Shown piece after piece: positions 1 through 9,839 of a stretch of DNA of 40,669 bases. The first letter of the stretch is position 1. Each line of letters starts with the position of its first letter. Below the pieces are notes generated by a model. It worked only from the letters and a program-made list of their open reading frames with translations. It searched no databases and had not been told where the DNA came from. Source of the stretch: Candidatus Aenigmatarchaeota archaeon. Its GTDB lineage: Archaea > Aenigmatarchaeota > Aenigmatarchaeia > GW2011-AR5. Location: positions 1-40,669 of the forward strand of contig JAGVVU010000009.1 in assembly GCA_018304605.1 (NCBI GenBank). Direction: 5' to 3'. Made by a program: the position numbers and the translations under genes.

Positions 1-1367
1 CACTATCGCTGGGTCACTGGCGCGGAAAACAGAACCCGGAATCAGCTTTATCTCCGCCGGGCGCGTGAGACCCTCAATCTCCTTCTTCTTGAGTTTTTCC
101 TCCTCTTCCTTTGTCCATTTCTCATAGTCCTCTATAAGCCTGTAGATGATGTCCGACTGGAGAATCTTGACGCCCTTGTCCTTTGCAAGCGTTTCGGAGT
201 CTTCCGCTATTGAGCTGTTGAATGCGATGAGAACCCTGTAGTTATTGTTCTTGTTGACTTCCGCCTTGATCACATCCTTCTTCGTCACGTTGCCTATCGT
301 AGCCTCGCGGACCGGATATTTCTTGAAAACGCTTATGAGAGCCTCCAGACTGCCCAGCGTATCAGCCTTGAGTATGAGACCTTCCTCGTCCGTTGTTATC
401 TCGACTTCTTCCATTTCCTTTTCGAGATCGTCCAGCAGCTTCTCCGCTTTCTCGAACGTCTTCGCAGTCCTTATTGGAGACCCTGCGGTAACTGCGTCAA
501 GGCCCGGCGCAACTATCTTCACGCCTGCGGCGGCATATACTTCGTTGACGCTCCTGAACTTCTTCTCCGTTCTCATGTCCCTCATCGGCTCTGGCAGCAT
601 GAGCGCGCGTATCTTTGCGATCATCGGGCTTCTTCCCCCGACCACGAGAAAGTCGTTCTTTGCTATCGACCCGTCGTAGATTATCGAGTCTATCGTCACT
701 CCAAGTCCGGTCACTTCCTTGACTTCCAGCACCATCCCTTCGGATTTGTCCGTGCTGACAAGCTGGTCTTTGAGGAACGTCTGGGCAAGGCCAAGGATAG
801 TGACGAGCAGGTCTGGTATGCCTTCGCCTGTTTTTGCAGAAATCGGCACCGCAGCGACAGTCGTCTTGAAGTCTGTCAGTAGAATTTTTGCTCGAACATG
901 CCTTTCACTTCATCGCTCTGCGCGGCAAAATTGTCAAGGAAGCACTCCCCGCCTGACCAGCCGCTGATGCGGTCTATCTTGTTGACGGCTATGATGAAAG
1001 GCGTCTTCGTCCCCTTGAGTATATCGATGCTCTCGATTGTCTGGGGCATGAGTCCCTCGTTTATGTCGACTACAAGCACTGCCAGGTCAGCTATCGACCC
1101 GCCTCTTTTCCTGAGCGTGGTGAACGCCTCGTGGCCCGGTGTGTCGATGAAGAGTATGCCGGGAACGGTTATATCAAATTTGAACTTGCTTATCAGGGCA
1201 GTGCACATTCCTTTTACGATATCAGAAGAAATCTCCGTTGTGCCTATTGCTTGCGTGATGCCTCCGCTCTCTTTGGCAGCAACAGCCGTTTGTCTGATTT
1301 TGTCTAGTATTGAAGTTTTTCCGTGATCGACATGTCCTAAAATTACAATTATTGGCTGACGAAGCAT
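1..1367 (-). CDS. infB: Translation initiation factor aIF5B/IF-2; runs off the left edge; broken by a frameshift with missing codons at about 879
   Basis: N-terminus MLRQPIIVILGHVDHGKT, DTPGHEAF and NKID GTPase motifs. After ...FEQKFY-stop the -1 frame resumes with LTDFKTTVAAVPISAKTGEGIPDLL and continues to position 1. Confidence 0.93.
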
Positions 1368-1430
1368 AATTATCAACTCTTTTGTCTAAATTATCAACTC
1401 TTTTGTCTAAATTATCAACTCTTTTGTCTA
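1368..1430. repeat. Perfect 3 x 21 bp tandem repeat (AATTATCAACTCTTTTGTCTA) abutting the aIF5B start codon
   Basis: Units at 1368-1388, 1389-1409 and 1410-1430 read directly from the sequence. Confidence 0.95.
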
Positions 1431-1574
1431 AAAACATACTTTATTTCATTCCCCCGACTTGAGAAAAATATTTGACTTAATTATTTATAGTGAATCCCGT
1501 ATGAAGGATTCATATATAGTGCACAAGGAAACTAATATATTCAGGTCCTTATAGAGCTATAAATGGCATGATAC

Positions 1575-2204
1575 TCATTCGTTCTCTACATGTTTTTCTA
1601 TTCCGTGAACTTCATGGAATTCGTGCTCTTTGTACGCTTCTTTCTTGCCAGCCAGTATCATGAGTATCCTAAGGAGCAGCACCAGAAGCACGAAGCCGAA
1701 GAGAGCCTGCCCGATCTGTCGGGACACAAAAGCCCCCTTCTCAATGATTGTGAAGTGTATCAATACAAGGAAAAATGCTATGTACCCCACGCGCTGAAGC
1801 TTTTTCCATTTCGCATAGCCCATCCTTGCAATTGCTTTGCCTGTAGAAGTGGCAGCCATGAGCGTGAATATGGCGAATGCTACTATGCCTGAAATCGTTG
1901 AATAGAGATTTTCCGGGTCTGCTATCGTGCCAAATGCGATTATCAGCACGCCGGCGACGTGTATGGCCGCGAAAAGAAACCCCCACAGACCGAGAGGCTT
2001 CCTGTGGCGGAGCATCGGAAGGAACGCATCCGGTTTCATCCTGCTGAGCGGCCCCAGGACAAAGCACAGACCGATGACAAATGTGGCTGCTATCGCAAAG
2101 CTGTTGCTGGCGACGCCGGGAGAGAGCGGCCTCGCCCTTATCGCGACAAAATAGAACAGAACGAGAAGGAAAATTATCACCGGAACAAAATGTATCTTTT
2201 TCAT
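1575..2204 (-). CDS. Ferric reductase-like transmembrane heme-binding protein (MsrQ/YedZ-like)
   Basis: About 6 TM helices; RKPLGLWGFLFAAIH and WKKLQRVGYIAFFLVLIH resemble YedZ/MsrQ motifs. Confidence 0.75.
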   Translation of the reverse strand: MKKIHFVPVIIFLLVLFYFVAIRARPLSPGVASNSFAIAATFVIGLCFVLGPLSRMKPDAFLPMLRHRKPLGLWGFLFAAIHVAGVLIIAFGTIADPENLYSTISGIVAFAIFTLMAATSTGKAIARMGYAKWKKLQRVGYIAFFLVLIHFTIIEKGAFVSRQIGQALFGFVLLVLLLRILMILAGKKEAYKEHEFHEVHGIEKHVENE

Positions 2205-2253
2205 CAGAATTATTTTGAATTCAGCAATAATAAAGAATTATAGCGGCGTTATT

Positions 2254-2748
2254 CTAAATAATAAGGGAAAGTCTGGCTGCCATTGAAGAGTTTCTGGGCG
2301 CCCAAAGGATGGCGTCTTTCGTCTCAAACTTCTCAAAATAATCACCGTCAGGAAAGTCCTTTCCATGGACATATATGAAAGGCCCGGAGCGCCTCGGATA
2401 ACTTACGGGAAATTTGGTTACCCAGTCCCAAGGGAGAAGCCTTACTTCCCTCTCAACAACATTCTTTTCTACGTTTGACCTTATTCTTCTTGGTCTTATC
2501 CGAAGGTCGTACAGGAGAAATGCAAAATAAAGCTCAATACCTGGATAACGTTCTGGGAATCCGACAACTTGGTAATTGTCAACAGCATAATTTTGGTGCC
2601 ATCTGGCATATCTTCCTTTTAGTTCTATGCCGGTTGTTTCATCAAGAAGGTCGATTCCAAGTTCGTCATTTATCGGAATATCAAGGACTTCGCCAAGCCA
2701 TTTTTTATGTTTCTGCTCGGAAATTGTGGTGAATCGTCTTGGATCCAT
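2254..2748 (-). CDS. Hypothetical protein, possible PD-(D/E)xK nuclease fold
   Basis: 164-aa ORF with a GIDLLD...GIELKGR pattern. Confidence 0.45.
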   Translation of the reverse strand: MDPRRFTTISEQKHKKWLGEVLDIPINDELGIDLLDETTGIELKGRYARWHQNYAVDNYQVVGFPERYPGIELYFAFLLYDLRIRPRRIRSNVEKNVVEREVRLLPWDWVTKFPVSYPRRSGPFIYVHGKDFPDGDYFEKFETKDAILWAPRNSSMAARLSLII

Positions 2749-2856
2749 TTGAAAGAAATAGTTCAAGGGTATTAAAAGCGAGAGAAATTGGATTATGCCG
2801 GCTCATCATGACTCAGGGAGTTAACGGACTTAAATCAGCGATTCCAATGTTCTGCT

Positions 2857-3600
2857 ATGAAGAATATCAAGAGCTGGAAAAAAGAAGAGGCGGCAGCATT
2901 TGAGGGGTGGGATTTTTCTCATTTGAAAAACAGGACAGCCGAGGAGAAGCCGCCTTGGGATTACGCCGGCTTGGCAAGAAACCTGGTCAAAAATTCAGGA
3001 GCTGTGCTTGATATGGGAACCGGGGGCGGGGAGGTTTTTTCCTCGTTCGCGCCCTTCCGTAAGGCAGTTGCCACAGAGGGCTATCGCCCAAACTATTTGC
3101 TCGCAAGGAAAAGGCTCGGTCCGCTGGGCGTCAAGGTGGTGTATTTTGCGAATTCAACGACAAGAAAGCTCCCGTTCAAGAACGGGGAGTTCGACCTCGT
3201 CTTGAACAGGCATGATGCTTTCAACATCACTGAAATATTCAGAATTCTAGAAGATGGCGGCATATTTTTGACAGAGCAGGTTGGGAAAAATAATTTGACA
3301 GACTTGATGAGATTTTTCAATGCAAGACCGCAGTTCAACGTGGCCTCTTTCCAGCGCGTAAGGAAAGGGCTGAAAGGTGCGGGATTCAAAATAAGATTCG
3401 CTGAAAATTGGGAGGGCAAAATAGAATTCAAGGATGTGGGAGCAGTAGTTTATTTCCTCAAAAATATCCCTTGGGTCGTGAAAGACTTCAGCGTCGACAG
3501 GCACATGGAATATCTCTTAAAGTTGCAGAAAAAGCTTGAGAATGGCAAAAAGCTCGTTTTCAAAGAAAATAGCTACTTGATTCAGGCTGAAAAGCCATAA
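2857..3600 (+). CDS. Class I SAM-dependent methyltransferase
   Basis: VLDMGTGGGE motif I, LPFKNGEFDLVLNRH, and an FEGWDFS N-terminus. Confidence 0.85.
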   Translation: MKNIKSWKKEEAAAFEGWDFSHLKNRTAEEKPPWDYAGLARNLVKNSGAVLDMGTGGGEVFSSFAPFRKAVATEGYRPNYLLARKRLGPLGVKVVYFANSTTRKLPFKNGEFDLVLNRHDAFNITEIFRILEDGGIFLTEQVGKNNLTDLMRFFNARPQFNVASFQRVRKGLKGAGFKIRFAENWEGKIEFKDVGAVVYFLKNIPWVVKDFSVDRHMEYLLKLQKKLENGKKLVFKENSYLIQAEKP

Positions 3601-3623
3601 TAAAGATATGATTCGAATCACGT

Positions 3624-4246
3624 TCAGTGCTTAATGTTCTTCTCGACGACATCGATGATGATAGGAACCATTATGTCCGGTCCGCCGACCACTTCAATAT
3701 TTTGGACCATGCCTTTGTCTCCGTAGTATTCAAGTAGTGGCTGTGACTGGCGGACATACGTGTCCTGCCTGTCCTTTATCGTCTCGTAATTGTCATCCCT
3801 GCGAGCAGCGGCGGCAGGCGCAGCGAGCCCCGGTTTATGTCTGCGATGTTGTATATGTTCCCGCAGTTCTCGCAGATTCTTCTGGCTAGCGCCTTTTCGA
3901 TTATTATGTCCTCGTCAAGCTCGAAGTTGATTACTATGTCAATATCCGTCATCTCTTCCAGTGCTTTTGCCTGTTCCATCGTGCGAGGGAATCCGTCAAG
4001 AATGAAGCCTTTTTTAGCGTCGTCCTTCTCTATTCGCTCCTTGAACATCTTTATCGTGACGTCATCCGGCACGAGCTGCCCCTGCTTCATGTACTCGTTT
4101 GCAAGCTTTCCGAGAGGACTGCCCTCGGCCACATGCGTCCTGTACATGTCGCCAGTCGCGATATGAACGATGCCGAGCTTTGGCGCTATGCGCGATGCGT
4201 ATGTACCCTTGCCGCTCCCGGGCCTGCCAAAGAATATTATTCTCAT
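3624..4246 (-). CDS. adk: Adenylate kinase (bacterial-type, Zn LID); frameshift with missing codons at about 3803
   Basis: GRPGSGKGT P-loop, GFILDGFPRT and RRICENCG. After LPPLL the -1 frame resumes with RRDDNYETIKDRQDTYVRQSQPLLEYY and stops at TGA 3624-3626. Confidence 0.92.
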
Positions 4247-4310
4247 ACAAATCCTTTTTCTTGAAAAAAAAGTCTTTGTGAACCCAAAAAGAACCTGTGT
4301 TCCTAAAGAC
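4247..4310 (-). repeat. Structured leader repeat directly upstream of the adk ATG (copy 1 of 2)
   Basis: Near-identical to 17803-17868; contains the ACAAA-GA-CTTTTT...GAAAAAG-GA-TTTGT hairpin ending at the ATG. Confidence 0.85.
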
Positions 4311-4420
4311 TTTAATTTCGTATTATTATTTTGGGCGTTTTTGCGAACGCCAGTGAGCCTCCATTTAATATGTTTTCTTTTCCAGTAGGGGTTTTCTCTT
4401 TTCAAAAGAAAAGGCTTAAA

Positions 4421-4747
4421 TTAGTCCGTAAGCTCGATTTCAATATTGACTTCGCGCGGAATCCGGATTCTTGTTATCTGCCTGAGGACACGGTCATTTG
4501 CGCCGACGTCCAGGATGCGTTTGTGGATCCTCATCTCCCACGTCTCCCAGTTGCCGCCTCCGCCTCCCCTGTGCATCCCGTCGCCGCACGGAGTCTTCAT
4601 GACTGGTATGCGAAGCCTCTTCGTGGGAAGCGGTATCGGTCCCGATACGCCCACGCCTAGTTTCTGCGCAACGTCCTTTATCTCGCAGCAAAGATCATCT
4701 AGCATCTTTGGGTCTTTGCCTGTCAGTTTTATCCGGGCTGTGTTCAT
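4421..4747 (-). CDS. rps10: 30S ribosomal protein uS10
   Basis: ARIKLTG, GPIPLPTKRL and WEMRIHKRILD motifs. Confidence 0.97.
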   Translation of the reverse strand: MNTARIKLTGKDPKMLDDLCCEIKDVAQKLGVGVSGPIPLPTKRLRIPVMKTPCGDGMHRGGGGGNWETWEMRIHKRILDVGANDRVLRQITRIRIPREVNIEIELTD

Positions 4748-4807
4748 ACAGCTATTTAGTCGAACTGAAAGTATAAAAGCATTGGCATTTTAATTATTTG
4801 TGATCGT

Positions 4808-5050
4808 ATGCCTACGCTAAGTCTGTGGAAAAACAGGGAGACGACTCTTGTAATTGGAAATGTGGAATATCACGGAAGAGTTGTGAAGGGAGACTATACG
4901 CAGGATAGGGGCTTCAAGACTGAAAACACTCCAGAAAGATTGGAGCCAGGCTATGTATTTCAGACAGATGGTGGTGAGGAGATCAGATTATACACTAATG
5001 GGTCGCCTCGAGTAATTGCCGTGGACAGGCGTTTAGTCCAGGTAGATTAG
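4808..5050 (+). CDS. Hypothetical protein (80 aa)
   Basis: ATG-started ORF filling the gap between S10 and the glycosyltransferase; stop overlaps the convergent gene. Confidence 0.55.
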   Translation: MPTLSLWKNRETTLVIGNVEYHGRVVKGDYTQDRGFKTENTPERLEPGYVFQTDGGEEIRLYTNGSPRVIAVDRRLVQVD

Positions 5051-6525
5051 TCCCTGACTAGTTCGAGACCGGCAACACGGTTATCATCCAGGATGAAGCC
5101 TTTTCCGTTCGCGAAATTGCAGCTTTTTTCCAGTATACTGCTTGATGAGAACATCACAAAGCACGGATTGGTGTTTATGGAAATGTTGTATGCCCTTGAG
5201 ATTTTCTCGCTAAGCAGCAGCATGTAATTATGCTCGTACCTTCGCGGGGCGTTGCAGCCGTTGCCGAGCATGATTAAGTCGTCCGATTCGTAGATGACAG
5301 GAAATTCCCTGACAAAAGTCCTGTTCTGCGCCCACTCGGGCTCTGCTATGGAAGGAAAAAGGACGATTATATCGCCCTCCTCTACGCTCTTTCCGACAAG
5401 CTCCCTTCTCGGGAACGGCTCCGATGGCTGGCCAAGATAACTCATTATCGGCCATGCGTTTGTGAGCAGCCTGCAGTTGTCCAGGTTGTTTTGGCGCAGG
5501 ATATCGATTGAGTTTTGGTATTTTCCCCTCGACTCGTAGCCGCCATTCATCGAAAGGAAGTATCCCAAGTTCAGGGTCATGATGGCTATTACTACAATCG
5601 CTCCTAATCTCTTCCTTCCAATCCATTTCGCGCCTATTGAAGAGAAATAAGCCACAGGCAGCGCTATAGGGAAGAGATACCTCAGCTCCTTCGAGGGCGT
5701 TGAGACATATTGGTAAATTGACATTGCGAATATTATAATAAGAAGGACGCTCGCCTTTTCCCTGCAGAGAAACTTCATGGTTTTTGTTTCCTTGATTCTC
5801 CATTCTGAGATGGTTTTGTATAATCCTGCAACGAAGAGCGGCAGCAGGAATGATATTGCCGTTAGTATATGAACGATGCTCGCAGGCTGCGTGAAGTAAT
5901 GCCTGTACTTGAAGTTCAGCGCGTAGCTGTCGGCGAGCGAAGTGAGCATGTTACCGGTCGTCAAAAAGTTAAAGGCAAGCCAGAGGATTGCCGGGATCGC
6001 GAACAGTGCCAGCGCCGCCAGTATTTTTCTTGGATGTCTGTTCGAGAAAACAAGCGGCAAAAAGACCAGGAAATTGTACCTTGCAAGGCATGCGAGACCA
6101 AGGAACAGACCTGCTTTCGGGCTTTTCTCTAGAAGATAAACAAGGAACAGCCCAAGCAGCGCAAGTGAAAGAAGCTCGGCCCCGTTTATCATCCCGTAGA
6201 AGAGGACCATCGGCGAAAGCGAGAAAATGTAAAATATTTCCCTGCCTATCTTCATCCTGTCCGCGAGGCGGATGGTAGAATACAGGAAGAGCACAGACGC
6301 GAGTATTATGAAAATGTATTCGGAAATCGGGCTGGCTCCGAGCGCGTAAAGCATGAACGGCACGAGAGGCGGCCTGCTAATTTCATAATAGCTTCCCCCG
6401 TTCCAGTATTCGGCATTCGAAGCGTACGAAGCGAAATCCCATGATACGAATGAGTGCTGCCAGACGAAGAACAGTGTTGACAAGGCGAATGTTGCCGCAA
6501 GCAGCAATTCTTTCTTCCTTATCAT
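5047..6525 (-). CDS. GT-C fold polytopic membrane glycosyltransferase (PMT/ArnT-like)
   Basis: Many TM helices; WD and RPPLVP early loop, GLACLARY and KELRYLFP motifs; C-terminal soluble domain. Confidence 0.75.
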   Translation of the reverse strand: MIRKKELLLAATFALSTLFFVWQHSFVSWDFASYASNAEYWNGGSYYEISRPPLVPFMLYALGASPISEYIFIILASVLFLYSTIRLADRMKIGREIFYIFSLSPMVLFYGMINGAELLSLALLGLFLVYLLEKSPKAGLFLGLACLARYNFLVFLPLVFSNRHPRKILAALALFAIPAILWLAFNFLTTGNMLTSLADSYALNFKYRHYFTQPASIVHILTAISFLLPLFVAGLYKTISEWRIKETKTMKFLCREKASVLLIIIFAMSIYQYVSTPSKELRYLFPIALPVAYFSSIGAKWIGRKRLGAIVVIAIMTLNLGYFLSMNGGYESRGKYQNSIDILRQNNLDNCRLLTNAWPIMSYLGQPSEPFPRRELVGKSVEEGDIIVLFPSIAEPEWAQNRTFVREFPVIYESDDLIMLGNGCNAPRRYEHNYMLLLSEKISRAYNISINTNPCFVMFSSSSILEKSCNFANGKGFILDDNRVAGLELVRD

Positions 6526-6546
6526 GATAATAATTGAGCCTGAGAA

Positions 6547-6759
6547 TTATTTAGCTCCTTTTTTTAGTTGTCTGAAGTGCTCGCTGCTCAAATACTGGAT
6601 TTTTACAGAATCGTCATAAGGCGACCGTAGAACGGAGTCGATGGCATCCTCGGCCGAGAAAGGTTTTCTTTCTTCCATGTACATTTCGAGCTTTAGCCGC
6701 TCAGATTTGAAAAACGTGTCATGCCTTCTGCCCCACATGGACCATTTCATATTTGTCAC
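6547..6759 (-). CDS. Hypothetical protein (70 aa)
   Basis: ORF co-oriented between EF-1alpha and the glycosyltransferase; SD-like GGGGTGA near the start. Confidence 0.5.
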   Translation of the reverse strand: MTNMKWSMWGRRHDTFFKSERLKLEMYMEERKPFSAEDAIDSVLRSPYDDSVKIQYLSSEHFRQLKKGAK

Positions 6760-6875
6760 CCCAAATCAGAGTAAAAGAACTGTAAGTAGGCAAATTCGTT
6801 TAAAGAATAAAACAAGAACGAGGAATCCGTTCAGACTGCCGTCCTATGCAAATGCCCGCAAGCCGAATGAATTTG

Positions 6876-8141
6876 TTACACGACCACATCGATGCAGATT
6901 CCGGCAGCCACAGTCTGTCCCATGTCTCTTATTGCAAAGCGAGCCAGTTCAGGCATGTCAGACTGTTTCTCTATGATCAGCGGCTTCGTCGGCTTTATCT
7001 TTATTATTGCCGCGTCGCCTGTTTTCAGGTAGTCTGCATTTTCTGTGATGGCCGCTCCGGTCTTCGGGTCCATCTTCTTCACTATCTCAGTCACGGTGCA
7101 TGCCACTTGCGAAGTGTGCACGTGGAAGACAGGCGTGTACCCCTTGCTTATCACGGACGGGTGATTCAATACTATTATTTGTGCGGTGAATTCCTTTACG
7201 GGCTTTGCTGCATTTTGCGGGTGGCACGCCACATCGCCGCGCTTTATGTCGCCCTTGCCGACTCCTCTTACGTTGAAGCCGACATTGTCTCCAGGGAATG
7301 CCTCGTTTACCTGCTCGTGGTGCATTTCTATTGACTTGACCTCTCCCTGTGCGCCTGACGGGACGAAAACAAGCTTGTCGTTGACCTTCATCGTTCCTGT
7401 CTCAATCCTGCCCACAGGCACCGTGCCTACGCCGGTTATGCTGTACACGTCCTGTATCGGAAGTCGGAGCGGCTTTCCCGTGGCCTGCTCGGGGACCTTG
7501 AAAAGGTCGAGCGCTTCAACGAGCGTAGGACCCTTGTACCATCCCATGTGCTCTGATTTCTTAGCCACGTTGTCGCCGACATAACCTGATGTTGGCACAA
7601 ACTGCATCTCTTCTGTCTTGAATCCGATTCCCTTGAGAAGTTTGATCATTGCCTCTTTCGTCTCTGTGTACTTCTTCTCGTCGTAATTGACTGCGTCCAT
7701 CTTGTTGATTGCTACAATCATCTGGCCGACGCCCAGCACTTTTGCAAGATAAGCGTGCTCTTTCGTCTGCTCCTGGACTCCTTCCTTTGCGGAGCACACG
7801 AGGATTGCGCCGTCTGCCTGGCTCGTTCCAGTTATCATGTTCTTGACGAAGTCCCTGTGTCCGGGCGCGTCTATGATCGTGAAGTAGTATTTTGCAGTGT
7901 CGAATCTCTGGTGCATGATGTCTATGGTCACGCCTCTTTCTCTCTCTTCCTTCAGCCTGTCCATGATGAATGCGAATTCGAACGTCTCTTTTTTCAGCTC
8001 CTTCGCCAGATCTTTTAGCTTTCTCATCTGCTCGTCCCTGACGGCTCCTGTGTCGTAGAGCAGCCTGCCTACAAGAGTTGATTTTCCATGGTCGACGTGA
8101 CCAATCGTTACAAGATTCATGTGTGGTTTCTTTTCAGCCAT
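6876..8141 (-). CDS. tuf: Elongation factor aEF-1alpha
   Basis: [37 protein letters not shown] and [14 protein letters not shown] motifs; SD GAGGTG upstream. Confidence 0.98.
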   Translation of the reverse strand: MAEKKPHMNLVTIGHVDHGKSTLVGRLLYDTGAVRDEQMRKLKDLAKELKKETFEFAFIMDRLKEERERGVTIDIMHQRFDTAKYYFTIIDAPGHRDFVKNMITGTSQADGAILVCSAKEGVQEQTKEHAYLAKVLGVGQMIVAINKMDAVNYDEKKYTETKEAMIKLLKGIGFKTEEMQFVPTSGYVGDNVAKKSEHMGWYKGPTLVEALDLFKVPEQATGKPLRLPIQDVYSITGVGTVPVGRIETGTMKVNDKLVFVPSGAQGEVKSIEMHHEQVNEAFPGDNVGFNVRGVGKGDIKRGDVACHPQNAAKPVKEFTAQIIVLNHPSVISKGYTPVFHVHTSQVACTVTEIVKKMDPKTGAAITENADYLKTGDAAIIKIKPTKPLIIEKQSDMPELARFAIRDMGQTVAAGICIDVVV

Positions 8142-8256
8142 TTTTCTGCACCTCATTCGTACAAGTATATTTTTTCATTGAGATTCTTTATTAAAAGAAG
8201 CTCACTTCTAAAACCTATAAACAAATCTTTTTAAAGGTTATTAATATCGTCTGCTT

Positions 8257-8796
8257 ATGGCACTGGCGCGATTGAAGAACGGAATATATTCGGTTAATGG
8301 CTGTCAGCCCGGTCCTTGCAGTAATCTTGTATTAGCCGTGCATCCTTACTATCAGTTCGACCCCGACAGCTTGGCATTCATGTCATCACCAAAGCTTTTT
8401 GATGAAAGCGTTGGAAGCTACATATATCTTGGGAGATTCGAGAGCCTTGCGAAAAAAGAAGATATGACTCTTGTTACATTCGAGGAGGCTGCCAGGATGA
8501 GCTTTACTGCGGAGCGTTACAGAAGGATAGGCAGACAGAATAATACATATTTTATAAAAACTATACAGGCCGGTCCTCAGCCGGCGGAAAATGAAGGAGG
8601 GCATCTTGTGGAAGTCCCGTGGAATGATGTCTTTGATTTTCTCAGGCTATTTGAGCCGGCTGATTCGACTCCAATTAGCTGCGTTGGTGGATATTACCGC
8701 GAAATTCCTTTTTTCAGCGGATGCTTAAATGATGCAGAATATGTCCTGAGAGAAGCAGGTTTGCCTGTGGAGGTCCTGAAAGAAATAACATTCTAG
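8257..8796 (+). CDS. Hypothetical protein (179 aa)
   Basis: Long ATG ORF with an AT-rich TATA-like upstream region; no motif recognised. Confidence 0.6.
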   Translation: MALARLKNGIYSVNGCQPGPCSNLVLAVHPYYQFDPDSLAFMSSPKLFDESVGSYIYLGRFESLAKKEDMTLVTFEEAARMSFTAERYRRIGRQNNTYFIKTIQAGPQPAENEGGHLVEVPWNDVFDFLRLFEPADSTPISCVGGYYREIPFFSGCLNDAEYVLREAGLPVEVLKEITF

Positions 8797-9146
8797 TGAA
8801 GGATTTTTTTCGCCTTCCTGACATCCTTCTTTATTTCTTTTGCCAGCTCGTTAGCAGAGCCGAACTTTTTTTCATCCCTGAGTTTCTTTACGATCTCGAC
8901 GCCGATGTTTTTTCCTGTTATGCTTCGCGAGAAGTTGAATATGTAGACTTCGAGCAATTTCGTTTTGCGGCCGAAGGTCGGCGCGTATCCTATGTTAGCC
9001 ACGCCCTTGTAGCGCCTGCCGGCGATGTCCACGCGAACTGCATAGACCCCGCTGAGCCTTCCGCTGTATTTCACGTTTGCCGTCGGAAAGCCGAGCTTCC
9101 TGCCGCGCCCCGCTCCTGATATCACTTTGCCTGAGATGATCTTCAT
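8793..9146 (-). CDS. Stand-alone riboflavin kinase (bacterial RibF C-terminal flavokinase domain)
   Basis: GRGRKLGFPTAN, GVY, NIGYAPTF, LEVYIFNF and LRDEKKF motifs. Confidence 0.9.
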   Translation of the reverse strand: MKIISGKVISGAGRGRKLGFPTANVKYSGRLSGVYAVRVDIAGRRYKGVANIGYAPTFGRKTKLLEVYIFNFSRSITGKNIGVEIVKKLRDEKKFGSANELAKEIKKDVRKAKKILH

Positions 9147-9215
9147 TGGGATATGCCCTTTTCACTACTATAGAATGGAGAATAAAAGCTTTTCTGTGAA
9201 GTAGTTTCGGTTTTT

Positions 9216-9839
9216 ATGTTGCCAAAAATTATTGCCGCGCTCGGGATTGCGGCTGTCATGGCAGGTCCTGCATCAGCGCAGGACAAGAAGATAGAGATGA
9301 CAGCTGAGGCTGTTGTGTCTGAAAACCGCCAGGAGTCATTCGTCAGGCCAAACATTTTCTACAGGATCGGCAACATGAAGGCTTACACGTTCTTTGAATT
9401 CTATCGCAGCGAGGAATATTTTGGCAAGACCATTATAGGAAAAGACATGTGGAAGGGCTTTGGGCCGACGGGTGAGTTGGTTGTCGGCTCCGATACCAGG
9501 AACAGGATTGGCGCTGGAGTGAAGTATTCGTTTGATGGCAAGAAGGCCGATTTTAGCTTAAAGTTCCTTCCGGCATGGTTTGACACGGGCGGGCATGAAG
9601 AGAGGGTGATGCTCGGATATTCGGGCAGCTTGGAACTCCCGCAGGATTTCGACGTTTCTGTTTTTGGAGAAATTGATGTGGATTCTCCACACGGGGCTGA
9701 ATGGGGTTACGGCGAGATATCGATAGGAAGGAATTTTGGCAAATTCAGACTCTCGTACAATCCGCTGCTGAAGAACAGGGATGATGGCATTTTGAAGCCG
9801 CGGATGGAGCACGCCGTCTGCGCAAGTTATAAGTTCTGA
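9216..9839 (+). CDS. Secreted protein with outer-membrane beta-barrel-like sequence pattern
   Basis: Signal peptide ending ASA/Q, alternating amphipathic beta-strands rich in Gly and aromatics, C-terminal ...ASYKF. Confidence 0.6.
   Translation: MLPKIIAALGIAAVMAGPASAQDKKIEMTAEAVVSENRQESFVRPNIFYRIGNMKAYTFFEFYRSEEYFGKTIIGKDMWKGFGPTGELVVGSDTRNRIGAGVKYSFDGKKADFSLKFLPAWFDTGGHEERVMLGYSGSLELPQDFDVSVFGEIDVDSPHGAEWGYGEISIGRNFGKFRLSYNPLLKNRDDGILKPRMEHAVCASYKF

Noticed and set aside
876-881. Programmed -1 frameshift or stop-codon recoding in aIF5B, adk and rpoB
   Set aside because: No shared slippery heptamer, and recoding could not restore the missing codons. Other genes end normally at TAA, TAG and TGA.
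1368-1430. CRISPR array
   Set aside because: The repeats are contiguous with no spacers, and no cas genes are present.
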